Source of the DNA: a virus
IMG/VR virus record: IMGVR_UViG_3300028025_002046
Coordinates: 1 to 64,000 of that record
Length of the DNA: 64,000 bases
Reading direction: 5' to 3' (one strand)
This document shows, one piece after another, positions 50,148 through 58,924 of the stretch. The position numbers and the translations under genes are program-made. The notes below the pieces were generated by a model. That model saw only the letters and a program-made list of their open reading frames with translations, was not told the origin of the DNA and ran no database searches. The number at the start of each line of letters is the position of its first letter. Position 1 is the stretch's first letter.

Positions 50148-50309
50148 ATGAGCGAGTATGTAGCAGTAGACATTTATGACCGTATGGAGGCTAACGCCAA
50201 CGACCTTGGTGGTAGCGTTGAGGAAGACCTAGCAGAGATTCTTGCGTCTGGTGACCTAAGTGCTTTTGAAGACTACTTTGGCGACACAGACCCATTTGAA
50301 TTCCTATAA
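50148..50309 (+). CDS. small acidic protein
   Basis: SD GAAAGGG; promoter 50100. Confidence 0.7.
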   Translation: MSEYVAVDIYDRMEANANDLGGSVEEDLAEILASGDLSAFEDYFGDTDPFEFL

Positions 50310-50355
50310 TGTCCTACCCCACCTGTATAATAGAAACATCAACGAAAGGTAAAGA

Positions 50356-50835
50356 ATGAACGAGAATGAAAACACAGATAACATTGGCAATTTTGGTGAG
50401 TATAATGCTGTTCCTGTTGAACCAATAGTCCACCCTTCCCTAGCAAAATTGTATGACGAGATTGCTGACCTAAAAGAAAAGTTGGTTCACTCAACTACCA
50501 TTGCGAGCGAAGCACAAACTCGTTTGCGTGAACAGCAGAGCGAGTATCGTGAGAACGAGGGCAAACTTCAAGACATTCTAATTGAAGCACTTGGAGATGA
50601 AGAAATTGACAAAGATGTAGCAGACAAGATTGCCGAACTCTATGGTCTTGACCTACGCAAGGTATTCTCTATCAACATTCAGGTTGTTGTAAATGTTGAA
50701 GTGTCTGCTCCTGTTGGAACTGACCCTAGCGACATTGTAGATAATGTTGGCTTTGGCTATGGCGGTATCACCTACTCTGGTATTGGTGATTTGGAAAGCG
50801 ACCATTGGGAAATTGACGACTGGGAAGAAGTGTAG
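50356..50835 (+). CDS. acidic coiled-coil hypothetical protein
   Basis: ORF track; promoter 50308. Confidence 0.8.
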   Translation: MNENENTDNIGNFGEYNAVPVEPIVHPSLAKLYDEIADLKEKLVHSTTIASEAQTRLREQQSEYRENEGKLQDILIEALGDEEIDKDVADKIAELYGLDLRKVFSINIQVVVNVEVSAPVGTDPSDIVDNVGFGYGGITYSGIGDLESDHWEIDDWEEV

Positions 50836-50974
50836 GGTAAACCTTTCCCCTACCAGTGCTGGGTATCACTATAAACTACCCCCACATGGGCGTACCCCTC
50901 CCTGCCCCAAGATCCATTTACGATAGCTTTAAGAAATCTCCAGAAAATTCCCCAAAACTTTTTGCTAAATAGTA

Positions 50975-51003
50975 TTGACAAACAGAGTGTTTGCCTGTAT
51001 AAT
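50975..51003 (+). promoter_or_regulatory. consensus sigmaA promoter
   Basis: TTGACA-17-TATAAT. Confidence 0.8.
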
Positions 51004-51045
51004 TAGACTATACACAAATCAACCACTAACAGAAAGAGAACCCCT

Positions 51046-52062
51046 ATGGCTCACGAACTAGAACAAGGCGAGAATGGCGAAGTTGCTTTTGCTTCGCTAC
51101 GCCAACCTGCTTGGCACAATCTAGGCACTGTCTTTGAAGAGCAGGTCAATACAGCAGAGATGCTGAAACTTGCTCACCTTGATAATTGGAATGTTCGTCT
51201 TGAAGATGTAACCATTCCAGAAAACTTTGAGAGCGACAAAAACTATTCGTTCGTTACTCGCACTAACCCTTTTGATAACACCAAGAATGATGTTCTCGGC
51301 GTTGTCGGTGAGCGTTATGTTCCCCTACAAAACGAAGACCTATTTTCGTTTGGCGACAACCTGCTAGACGGCGGTGGTCGTTGGGAAACCGCTGGCTCAA
51401 TCAAGGGTGGTCGTCAGGTGTTCGGCTCTATCGCTTTGGCTGATAGCATTACCCTAGACCCTAATGGTCGTGCTGATAAGATTGATAACTATCTTCTAAT
51501 CAACACTTCTCACGACGGAAGCATTGCTATTCAGGCAAGTATCACGCCTGTTCGTGTTGTATGTGCTAACACTCTCAACCTTGCTCTATCTTCATTCAAG
51601 GGCAAGAAAGCAGCGAAGCAGACTTTCAAAATCCGCCACACTTCAACTGCCGAAGGTAAAATCGCAGTTGCTCGTGAAGCACTAGGTCTTGCCAAGACTT
51701 ACCTAGACGAGTTTTCTCTTATGGCTAACGCTATGATTGAAAAGGAAATCACTAAGGCTGACTTTGATAAGATTGTCGCTCTTGCTTACCCTGCTCCTGA
51801 AAAAGACGCTAAGGGTTCATTCAAGAAATACGACAGCAAGATTGACCTGCTAAACGACATTTATGTTGGGCAATTCAATGACACCATTTCTGGAACTGCT
51901 TGGGGAGCATACAACGCTCTAACCGAACGCCTAGACTGGTATCGCTCTGCTCGTGGTGGAAGCAACGAGAGTATCTACGCTTCTGCTTCTGGCTTTGACC
52001 CTGTAATCAACGCAGAGAAGAACCGCTTGATGAAGATTGTTCAACAGGTTGTAATGGCGTAA
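51046..52062 (+). CDS. DUF932 / TIGR03299-family phage-plasmid protein
   Basis: PAWH.LG, Y.PLQN, ETAGS..GGR, SHDGS, TPVRVVCANTL, IRHT, GTAWGAYNA.TE. Confidence 0.9.
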   Translation: MAHELEQGENGEVAFASLRQPAWHNLGTVFEEQVNTAEMLKLAHLDNWNVRLEDVTIPENFESDKNYSFVTRTNPFDNTKNDVLGVVGERYVPLQNEDLFSFGDNLLDGGGRWETAGSIKGGRQVFGSIALADSITLDPNGRADKIDNYLLINTSHDGSIAIQASITPVRVVCANTLNLALSSFKGKKAAKQTFKIRHTSTAEGKIAVAREALGLAKTYLDEFSLMANAMIEKEITKADFDKIVALAYPAPEKDAKGSFKKYDSKIDLLNDIYVGQFNDTISGTAWGAYNALTERLDWYRSARGGSNESIYASASGFDPVINAEKNRLMKIVQQVVMA

Positions 52063-52209
52063 GCCATTCTCCCTTGCTCCTGGCAGTAAAATGTCAGGGG
52101 TATAGGGGGTACCCAGCTATCGATCTTATTTACGACACACCTTACGATATCCCTATAATGTCATACCCTACCCTTATAATAGATACATAACCCGAAGAAA
52201 GGAAAAGCA

Positions 52210-52395
52210 ATGCCTAAATACCAAATAGAAATGATGATTGAATTCTCTGGTGAGATTGAAGCAGACAACGAAGAACACGCAGAACAACTTGCTTGGACGA
52301 GTTGGGGAGATACAATGGATAGCCCTATCGTTTATGACGGTGTTTATTCAATTGAAGTAGAAGCAGTAGACGAAGAAGAAGACGAGGAAGACTAA
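52210..52395 (+). CDS. small acidic protein (EA.N.E.A family)
   Basis: ORF track; promoter 52157. Confidence 0.75.
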   Translation: MPKYQIEMMIEFSGEIEADNEEHAEQLAWTSWGDTMDSPIVYDGVYSIEVEAVDEEEDEED

Positions 52396-52640
52396 TGGGA
52401 GCAAGAATAAATCCAGACGACATTCAGTTTCGTAAAGACGCTGACTACTATATGGACCCTATCGGTCTAGCAGTCATCCTTATTGAAGAGATGATTGACT
52501 GGGGTATTGAACGAGACCGAATGATTGTTGAGAAACTACCAGAAGAACACATTTGGTATTTTGATGGTCTACTCCGTCGAACAGAAACTATCCTAGACAG
52601 ACTAGGTGTAGAGAACATTCCAGTAGTAGGTGATTGCTAA
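52395..52640 (+). CDS. hypothetical protein
   Basis: TAATG coupling. Confidence 0.7.
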   Translation: MGARINPDDIQFRKDADYYMDPIGLAVILIEEMIDWGIERDRMIVEKLPEEHIWYFDGLLRRTETILDRLGVENIPVVGDC

Positions 52641-52739
52641 TGAGTGATTGTATTGAGAATGATAACGGACGTTGTATGTTCTGTGGTGCTATAATGTCTG
52701 ACCCTACCGCTATAATTGAAGCCTAACCAAAGGAGAACA

Positions 52740-52913
52740 ATGTCTAAAACCTATCAAGTAGAATACAATGCTGTCTATTGGGTAACTGCCAATAGCGAAG
52801 AAGAAGCAATTGAGTTGGCTATTGAAGAACACGAACAAATGCCTAATGGCGATTGGGAAGCAATGATAGACCCTTATGACAGCGACAACTTCAACACACT
52901 AGGAGAGAAATGA
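52740..52913 (+). CDS. small acidic protein (EA.N.E.A family)
   Basis: SD AAGGAG; promoter 52693. Confidence 0.75.
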   Translation: MSKTYQVEYNAVYWVTANSEEEAIELAIEEHEQMPNGDWEAMIDPYDSDNFNTLGEK

Positions 52914-53833
52914 CACAACTAGAAAGCCTACTAGAAGAAAAGGCAGAACTGCTTCAAGACTTTGAAGATGTAAAGAATATGCTAAGTGATTCAGGACACG
53001 ACCTATTCCTAAACAGGATAGATATGCTTGACAGTATGATTGAGATTGAGTTGAACAATGCCTAATTACATTATTGTTGCTACTAGAAAACAAGAGTTTG
53101 AGATTGATGCTGTTGATTTTCCAGATGAACAGGCTGCCCTTGCTTCTTTGGATAATTGGATTGCTGATGACTTTGAAGCATTTGCTATTCAGGCAACTTG
53201 GGATTTTGAGGTGTTAGCAAATGACTAGACCTGCTTGTGCTTGGTGTGGTATGGATGAAATGGATGAGTATGCCTCATTCAACGGTAAAGATATTTGTAT
53301 AGATTGTGCAGGAGAATAATGAGTTATAGCACTTGTAGAGAATGTCTTGAAGACTACCTAGATGAAGACCTAAATGATTTTATGGTTTGTTATGTATGTG
53401 ACCACGAATGTGACGAAACCTGTAATAATCCCTGTAATGTAAAGGAAGCAAATGAGTAAAAAGATAAACATCAAATTTGAATTGAACTATGATTTGGAAG
53501 ACCTACGCTTTATGGTGGGGGAAGACTTTCCAGAAGAACAATTTCGTGAACGAGTAATTGAATATGCTTTCCACGACCTACACGAAATGTTGCGTAGCGA
53601 TAGCGTAGATGCTTGGGCAGATGTGGAAGAAATCAATGAGTAACGCTATGGGAGAAATCACAGTAGGCGAAGCGTATGAAGAAGGTTTCTATGATGCTAG
53701 GGCAAGTGTATTAGAACTAATAGATGAGTGGTATACGGAGTATAAATCAAGTTTAGACTTGCTACCCTTGCCAGTTGCGATTGGCTTTTTGAAACAGGCT
53801 ATCTTAGATGCCGATGTTTTAGATATGGAGTAA
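52910..53833 (+). CDS. run of about six very small acidic or Cys-rich ORFs
   Basis: overlapping stop/start codons with SD sites; includes 53452-53643 and the ORF ending at 53833. Confidence 0.55.
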
Positions 53834-54007
53834 CATCCACCCGAAAGGGTGGGTACCCCCAGTTAACATAATATAGTTAAACTAAATAATTAATTACGAA
53901 AGCGGATTAAGATCCCCGAAATCTTTTCCCAGAAATTTAGCTTTTGCTATTGACAAATGAGGCGTTATGCCTTATACTTGTAATACAACCCAAAAGAAAG
54001 AGAACAA

Positions 54008-54519
54008 TGCATACCCTACAATACATTGCAATTCAATCAGAAGATAAAGAGAGTGCAGCCAACACAGTAAAGAACCTACTAGAAGAAGAACTAAATCCTG
54101 GTTCGTCTTGGTATGACTGGTTCGTTGTAGGTGGAGGTCGCTTTGCTCCTAATCCAGAAGACCAGTATGATGACACCCATGAGACTGTTATCTCCTATGC
54201 AGATACCCCTGACATTTTTGATGAGAAAGTTGGAGACTGTATGAAATCCAAAGGTCGTGAGTATCAGGAACTCTATACAGATTACAAACTAAATAAAGAA
54301 GAAATAGAGAAGACCTTTGAGGCTTGGAATGGCAACATGGAATTCTCTATGGCTCTCTATCCACTACGGAAGATGTTGGACATTGTTCAAGGACATTGGG
54401 ATTACACATCTCGTGTATACGACATTACCAATTGGTCTACCAATACCCACCACATGAACAGAAGTCTAGCAGACGGAAACAAAAATTGGTTCCTTGTGCC
54501 TGTTGACTTTCACTTCTAA
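54008..54519 (+). CDS. hypothetical phage protein (WYDW..VGGR..VDFH family)
   Basis: motifs; TTGACA-17-TATACT at 53950; start approximate (MHTLQY). Confidence 0.75.
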
Positions 54520-54558
54520 ACCTGCTATACTTATACTCCCACAAACAAAGGAAACGAA

Positions 54559-54759
54559 ATGGCTACATTTGAAGTCACTGTGACTTATCACTTCGACACA
54601 ACTTACGAAGTCGAAGCAGACAACTATGAACACGCAGAATACAAAGCCCTAGAAGAAGCAACCGAATGGAAGCCTTACTCATCTGAAAAGGGATACACCG
54701 AAGACTGGTATCAGGTAGAAGTTGAGCCAGCCCTGATTAGCGGAGAGATTGAAGACTAA
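54559..54759 (+). CDS. small acidic protein (EA.N.E.A family)
   Basis: TTGACT-17-TATACT at 54503; SD. Confidence 0.75.
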   Translation: MATFEVTVTYHFDTTYEVEADNYEHAEYKALEEATEWKPYSSEKGYTEDWYQVEVEPALISGEIED

Positions 54760-55184
54760 TGATATTAGTAGACAATTGGGTAGACACCTACAAGCCAATC
54801 AAGAATGAGAATAACGACTGGGGTGGAACCTACTCTGCCTTTGAAACCTATGGAACAGAACTAGACTTCGTATGGTCTAAGCCTAACAATCTTGTTTGGA
54901 CTGAGATTGACGGTGACGAGGGTAGTTACATTATCGCTGGCAAGCACATTGTAAATCGCCTACAATACTTTGTATGCGAAGTGCCTTGGGAAGATGAGAA
55001 CCTTATGGTCGCTATCTCTGTTGAGCAAGAGTGTGAACTCTGTGGCGGAACAGGCGAGCAACCACTTGGAGAAGATGAAGTAGAAGACTGCGACACCTGT
55101 GGTGGTCGTGGCTACTGGCAGGTCTATCCAGACACTATGGAAGAACTAGAAGCACTAATCGGGAAAGAGAGAGCAAATGGCTAA
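54759..55184 (+). CDS. acidic protein with DnaJ-type CxxCxGxG zinc finger
   Basis: CELCGGTG..CDTCGGRG. Confidence 0.75.
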   Translation: MILVDNWVDTYKPIKNENNDWGGTYSAFETYGTELDFVWSKPNNLVWTEIDGDEGSYIIAGKHIVNRLQYFVCEVPWEDENLMVAISVEQECELCGGTGEQPLGEDEVEDCDTCGGRGYWQVYPDTMEELEALIGKERANG

Positions 55185-55868
55185 ATACGTCAAGCACCTA
55201 AGCAACGAAGAACTAATGGCAAGAATAGCAGATGACCTAGTTAGTATGCATAATGATACTGGTATTCATCTTGGATACTGGGAGACGGCTATGGAACTTG
55301 TAGAACGTTTTTACCACGTAAATGTTGAAGTAATCGTAGGAGAGAAGAAGAACTATGAAAGCGTTTGAGAACCTTGCCTTTGACAGGGAGAACTTTGAGA
55401 GTTGGGTAGATGAAAGTCTACAGACCAGGCTTACTGATGAGCAGTGGGAGCGTGTCAAGGATGAACTTGACGGACGTGTAGAGAACTACTTGGACCAGAT
55501 GATTTACGACGTTGTGCTAGAGTTTAGGGAGGGAGCCTTCGATGAATAAGGACTGGGACCTAAACATCTTCTTCAAAGAAGTATGGGATGAGAACGTAGA
55601 AGAGTATGTGCTTGAAGATGTGTTGACTATCAATCCTGTAGTCTACATGTATGACAGTAATGGTTCTAATAATCATTATTCAGATATCATCTGGACCACT
55701 ACCTTTGCAGAAGCACGTTACCTACGGAGCCAGTATCCAGAGAAAGAATACGGCTACGACTGGACTGACACCATTAGCAACTTCATAGAGATTGCACCAC
55801 CTAGGCTGAAGTCTCTAGCCATGGCATTACCCAGTGCCTACGATTACAAGATAGACTTGGTGGGTTGA
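55177..55868 (+). CDS. three coupled small hypothetical proteins
   Basis: 55177-55368, 55355-55549, 55542-55868. Confidence 0.7.
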
Positions 55869-55883
55869 GACTACTCCTCATCA

Positions 55884-55956
55884 GGATACGCTAAGGGGTT
55901 GGCGTATTCGGTGGTAGGTTGAGAGACGTTATTTCCTTTCACTCTTGACCTACCAC
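55884..55956 (+). ncRNA. double-hairpin RNA with anti-SD loop
   Basis: 11-bp and 15-bp stems with G-U pairs favouring + strand; loop ACGTTATTTCCTTTCA. Confidence 0.5.
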
Positions 55957-56001
55957 CACAATTTTGGTATAATAGAAGTTACAACTAAATACGGAGAACA
56001 A

Positions 56002-56196
56002 ATGACAAACGACGAAAACAAAGTAGCAGACAAGATTGGAAAACTTGTATCAGACCTAACATTAGACATTGAGCAGGTAGGACTTTACATTGGACGACAA
56101 CCGAATGTAATTCTAAATAGATTAGAAATCATTACCGAGACAGCACGAGAAGAAAAGGAAGACCTACATTTGACCATTGACAATGATTGGCGGTAG
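56002..56196 (+). CDS. hypothetical protein
   Basis: SD GGAG; TTGACC-17-TATAAT at 55945. Confidence 0.7.
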   Translation: MTNDENKVADKIGKLVSDLTLDIEQVGLYIGRQPNVILNRLEIITETAREEKEDLHLTIDNDWR

Positions 56197-56211
56197 GTGT
56201 ATAATAGAACT

Positions 56212-56502
56212 ATGAACGAAACCACTATAGATAACAAATGTAACATCCTAGCAGAACTATGGATGGACTACCGAGATGATGTAAACTTTGATGACTTCAT
56301 CAACTACGCTGACTTAGGTTTGCCATTGGCATACGCTATCAGTAATGAGATAGTCAAACTTACTCCACAGGCAGAGAAGTTTATCACGGAGGCTTTTGAT
56401 TTGCTAGTAGCAAGTATGGGTCTAGAAGATACAGGCTTTGAAACTCTGGATGACATTTTCATGGAAGGCGATTTAGAAGCTTTCGAAGATCCAGAAGAGT
56501 AA
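56212..56502 (+). CDS. acidic hypothetical protein
   Basis: leaderless after TTGACA-17-TATAAT at 56177; DLGLPLAY motif. Confidence 0.75.
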   Translation: MNETTIDNKCNILAELWMDYRDDVNFDDFINYADLGLPLAYAISNEIVKLTPQAEKFITEAFDLLVASMGLEDTGFETLDDIFMEGDLEAFEDPEE

Positions 56503-56579
56503 CCAGTGGATCCCCTGCAAAGGGGAGACCTGGGGTACCACATCTTATTCAATTTGTCAATAGCCAATTTATCCAATAT

Positions 56580-57340
56580 AAAAAAGTATTACGATAGCTT
56601 CAAATTTTCCCCATATTCTTTATATATATCACTATCAAAATAGATTACGATAGATCATATATTTTCCCATATTCATGTATCAGCCTATATAGTGTATATA
56701 CCTATAGGGATATTACGATAACCTTTAGCTACCCCCGAAGGGCTGGCAGAGCCAGGGTATTACGAATGATAAGCAAAATCCCCTATATAAGATACAACAC
56801 CATATCGTTTGATATTGATTGATTATCTTTATTTATTTAAAAAAACATTACGATATTCGTTTATTTTTCCCCAAAATTGATATATTATTGAGAATAATTA
56901 TCATTAAGAATATACTTGACAAATGTGGATATATGTGCTAGGGGATAGGGGGCTATGGGAAAATGATTACGAGGCTTAAGATACATGAGCTCTATTACAC
57001 ATATATATTTCCCAAATCCATCTTATTGAGAATGAGTATCAACAACAGTAAGATCTTTGTGGATAACTCTGTGGATAAAACCTATCCAAAATAGCCTTTA
57101 AAGGGGGTATAGAGAGACTTTAATCTGTCTCTGAATGTTCTGGGGTATCGAATATTTGCTGTATCAGATAGGCTTGCAAAAGATCTTTTCCTAATACATC
57201 CCTATACTCTCCAGCTACATTTATTAGATATGTGGCATCAGGGAATATGATGTATTTGCTTTTATTAGCCATGTGTTTCTCCTTATAGGTTTATTATGTT
57301 ATATAGGTATTACGAAGCTTCTTCGTTGTTCCCCGAAATT
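56580..57340. repeat. AT-rich non-coding region with ATTACGA-N-CCC repeats and DnaA boxes (candidate origin/terminus)
   Basis: TTACG at 56589,56645,56713,56760,56848,56967,57310; TGTGGATAA at 57058,57070. Confidence 0.6.
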
Positions 57341-57395
57341 TCTAGATCCAAGATCTCTTCCATAGCAGTCTCTAAAGACTTAGGAATAATCTCAC

Positions 57396-58412
57396 TCATA
57401 GCACGTTCACATCATTGACTAGGAAGATAATCTCTTCGGCTGTATCTTTGTCTAGCATAGTGTTAGCTATACGAGCAAAACGTTCTCTCTCCTGTTTACG
57501 AACGTTGTCTGCAAACTCTTTAACTGCATCAACATCTTCTTTAGTGGTGCTATTGTCTAGCACTAACATTCCGTGTTCAAAAACAATCATTAGAAAGGAT
57601 TGTCCCCATGCTCAAAGGTGTGGTCCTTGAGAGTCTTGGCTTCGTCAATAGCAGCCTGTAGGATTACGATGGCACTCTGTGCTTCTTCTAGAGTTAGCTC
57701 TACAGTTGTCCAAGTGCTAGTCTGGTGGTTTGATACGACTAGGTTTACCATAGGAACATTATCACTCCAGCTCTTGAAGCCGTCTGCCATAAATGCTGTG
57801 TATTCTTTTGTTATTCTATTAGTCATTGTTGCTCCTTATTTTCTGTATTTGTTGTTTTCAATAGCGTGAATTGTGTATAGCAATATGCCTACCGCCACTA
57901 TAAACGGTGACAGGATAATACCTATGCATAATGCCATGAATACTATACCCTCAAACATCGTTACGATCCTCTGTCCTTTTTGCCAGATCGATTAGCCATG
58001 CCAGCAGGAATGTTACTCCAAGACATACTACGCAGAGTAGTCCCAATGCAAGTTCTACCATTTAACTTTAATCTTTCCCTCGTTTACGAATGTGCTGTGT
58101 GCTTGCTCCATAAAAGCTTTCTTGGCTAATGCCTTTAGCTGTGCCTTAGTCCAGTGGCTAAGTTTATCTTCGTCGGAATCAATCTCTAATTCAACAACGT
58201 TCTTAAGAACGATCTTAACTGTTCTTGTCATCGAATACCGTTGGGTCAACGAACTCAAGGATGGCTACCACTGCCTGTAGCTGGTGTCTAGCCTGTTTAC
58301 GATATCGCCATTTACCATACTTCTCGTAGGTCTCTAGCTGGTTTCCTACACTTAGTAGAAAGTCTGCAATGCGTTCTCTTTCGGCTTTTACGCCATCTTC
58401 ATATGTTTTCAT
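57396..58412 (-). CDS. operon of small hypothetical proteins
   Basis: 57396-57590, 57590-57826, small TM ORF ending about 57836, 58055-58231, 58215-58412 (leaderless after TTGACA-17-TATAAT). Confidence 0.65.
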
Positions 58413-58426
58413 AATACAATTATATC

Positions 58427-58924
58427 CTATGCTGCTTGTTTTGTCAATAGTGGTTTGTGTGTTACCCAGAAATACTGGCAGGTATCGCAACATGGTTCGT
58501 TGTGCTTACTGCCTACTGCTTCGATAAAGTGTGAGTAGTAGATTGGATCTTTACGATGCAGGTTAGCCTTGTGGGTGGTGGTAACTCGCTTCATTACGAT
58601 GCTGTTCTCATACCACTCTGGTAGCTCGGTTCCCCAATACTTTCCCTCGGTAGCAACAAGAGCATTAATATTAGCAAGGTTCTTGTCAGTCTTAATGCCA
58701 CGGACATTTGCTTGCTTAACCATAGCCATGGTGTAGTTAAGTAAAGTAAACTCGGAGCCACGCCACATCTTAACAGCTGGGTGGTTACGCCATCCTGCAC
58801 GTGGGTCTGGATTGGATAAGACTTTAAGAATCTGGTAACATTCCAGGATCTGCTTGTTAAGTCGTTTGTTGTCTAGGGCTAGAGCAGAGTTCTCAAAATC
58901 TGCATATGGGAGAAAGGTTTGCAT
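58427..58924 (-). CDS. MSMEG_6728-family / pyrimidine dimer DNA glycosylase-like protein
   Basis: MQTFLPY..LD.KRL.KQ.LEC.QIL, GW.NHPAVKMW, H..NL..KDP.YY. Confidence 0.85.
   Translation of the reverse strand: MQTFLPYADFENSALALDNKRLNKQILECYQILKVLSNPDPRAGWRNHPAVKMWRGSEFTLLNYTMAMVKQANVRGIKTDKNLANINALVATEGKYWGTELPEWYENSIVMKRVTTTHKANLHRKDPIYYSHFIEAVGSKHNEPCCDTCQYFWVTHKPLLTKQAA

Larger units (their letters stand above)
40059..52716 (+). promoter_or_regulatory. 27 dispersed promoters AATGTC-NN-ACCC-N6-TANNNT (PafBC/RecA-NDp geometry)
   Basis: copies at 40059,40502,40680,41002,41436,41854,42045,42560,42759,43373,43562,44132,44440,44660,44870,45270,45783,46238,46865,47684,48109,48819,49509,50100,50308,52157,52693; -10 always starts 18 nt after motif start. 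Confidence 0.85.
40453..56539 (+). repeat. 19 intergenic cassette-boundary elements centred on (G/C)GTAC(C/G)
   Basis: at 40453,40954,41367,41785,42485,43237,44071,44399,44832,45204,45720,46829,47643,48784,50066,50891,52108,53852,56534. Confidence 0.85.

Noticed and set aside
52074-52100. AATGTCAG at about 52090 as another PafBC-type promoter
   Set aside because: No TANNNT at the required distance; it is the 3' arm of a CCTGGCA/TGTCAGG hairpin.
40059-56539. CRISPR array
   Set aside because: Repeats are degenerate and 0.2-2.7 kb apart with genes between them; no cas genes.
40453-56539. Classical integron with attC sites
   Set aside because: No integrase in the window, no attC-type R/L box structure, and cassettes carry their own promoters.
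56304-56576. Minus-strand 90-aa ORF
   Set aside because: Antisense to a well-supported gene and runs through the boundary element.
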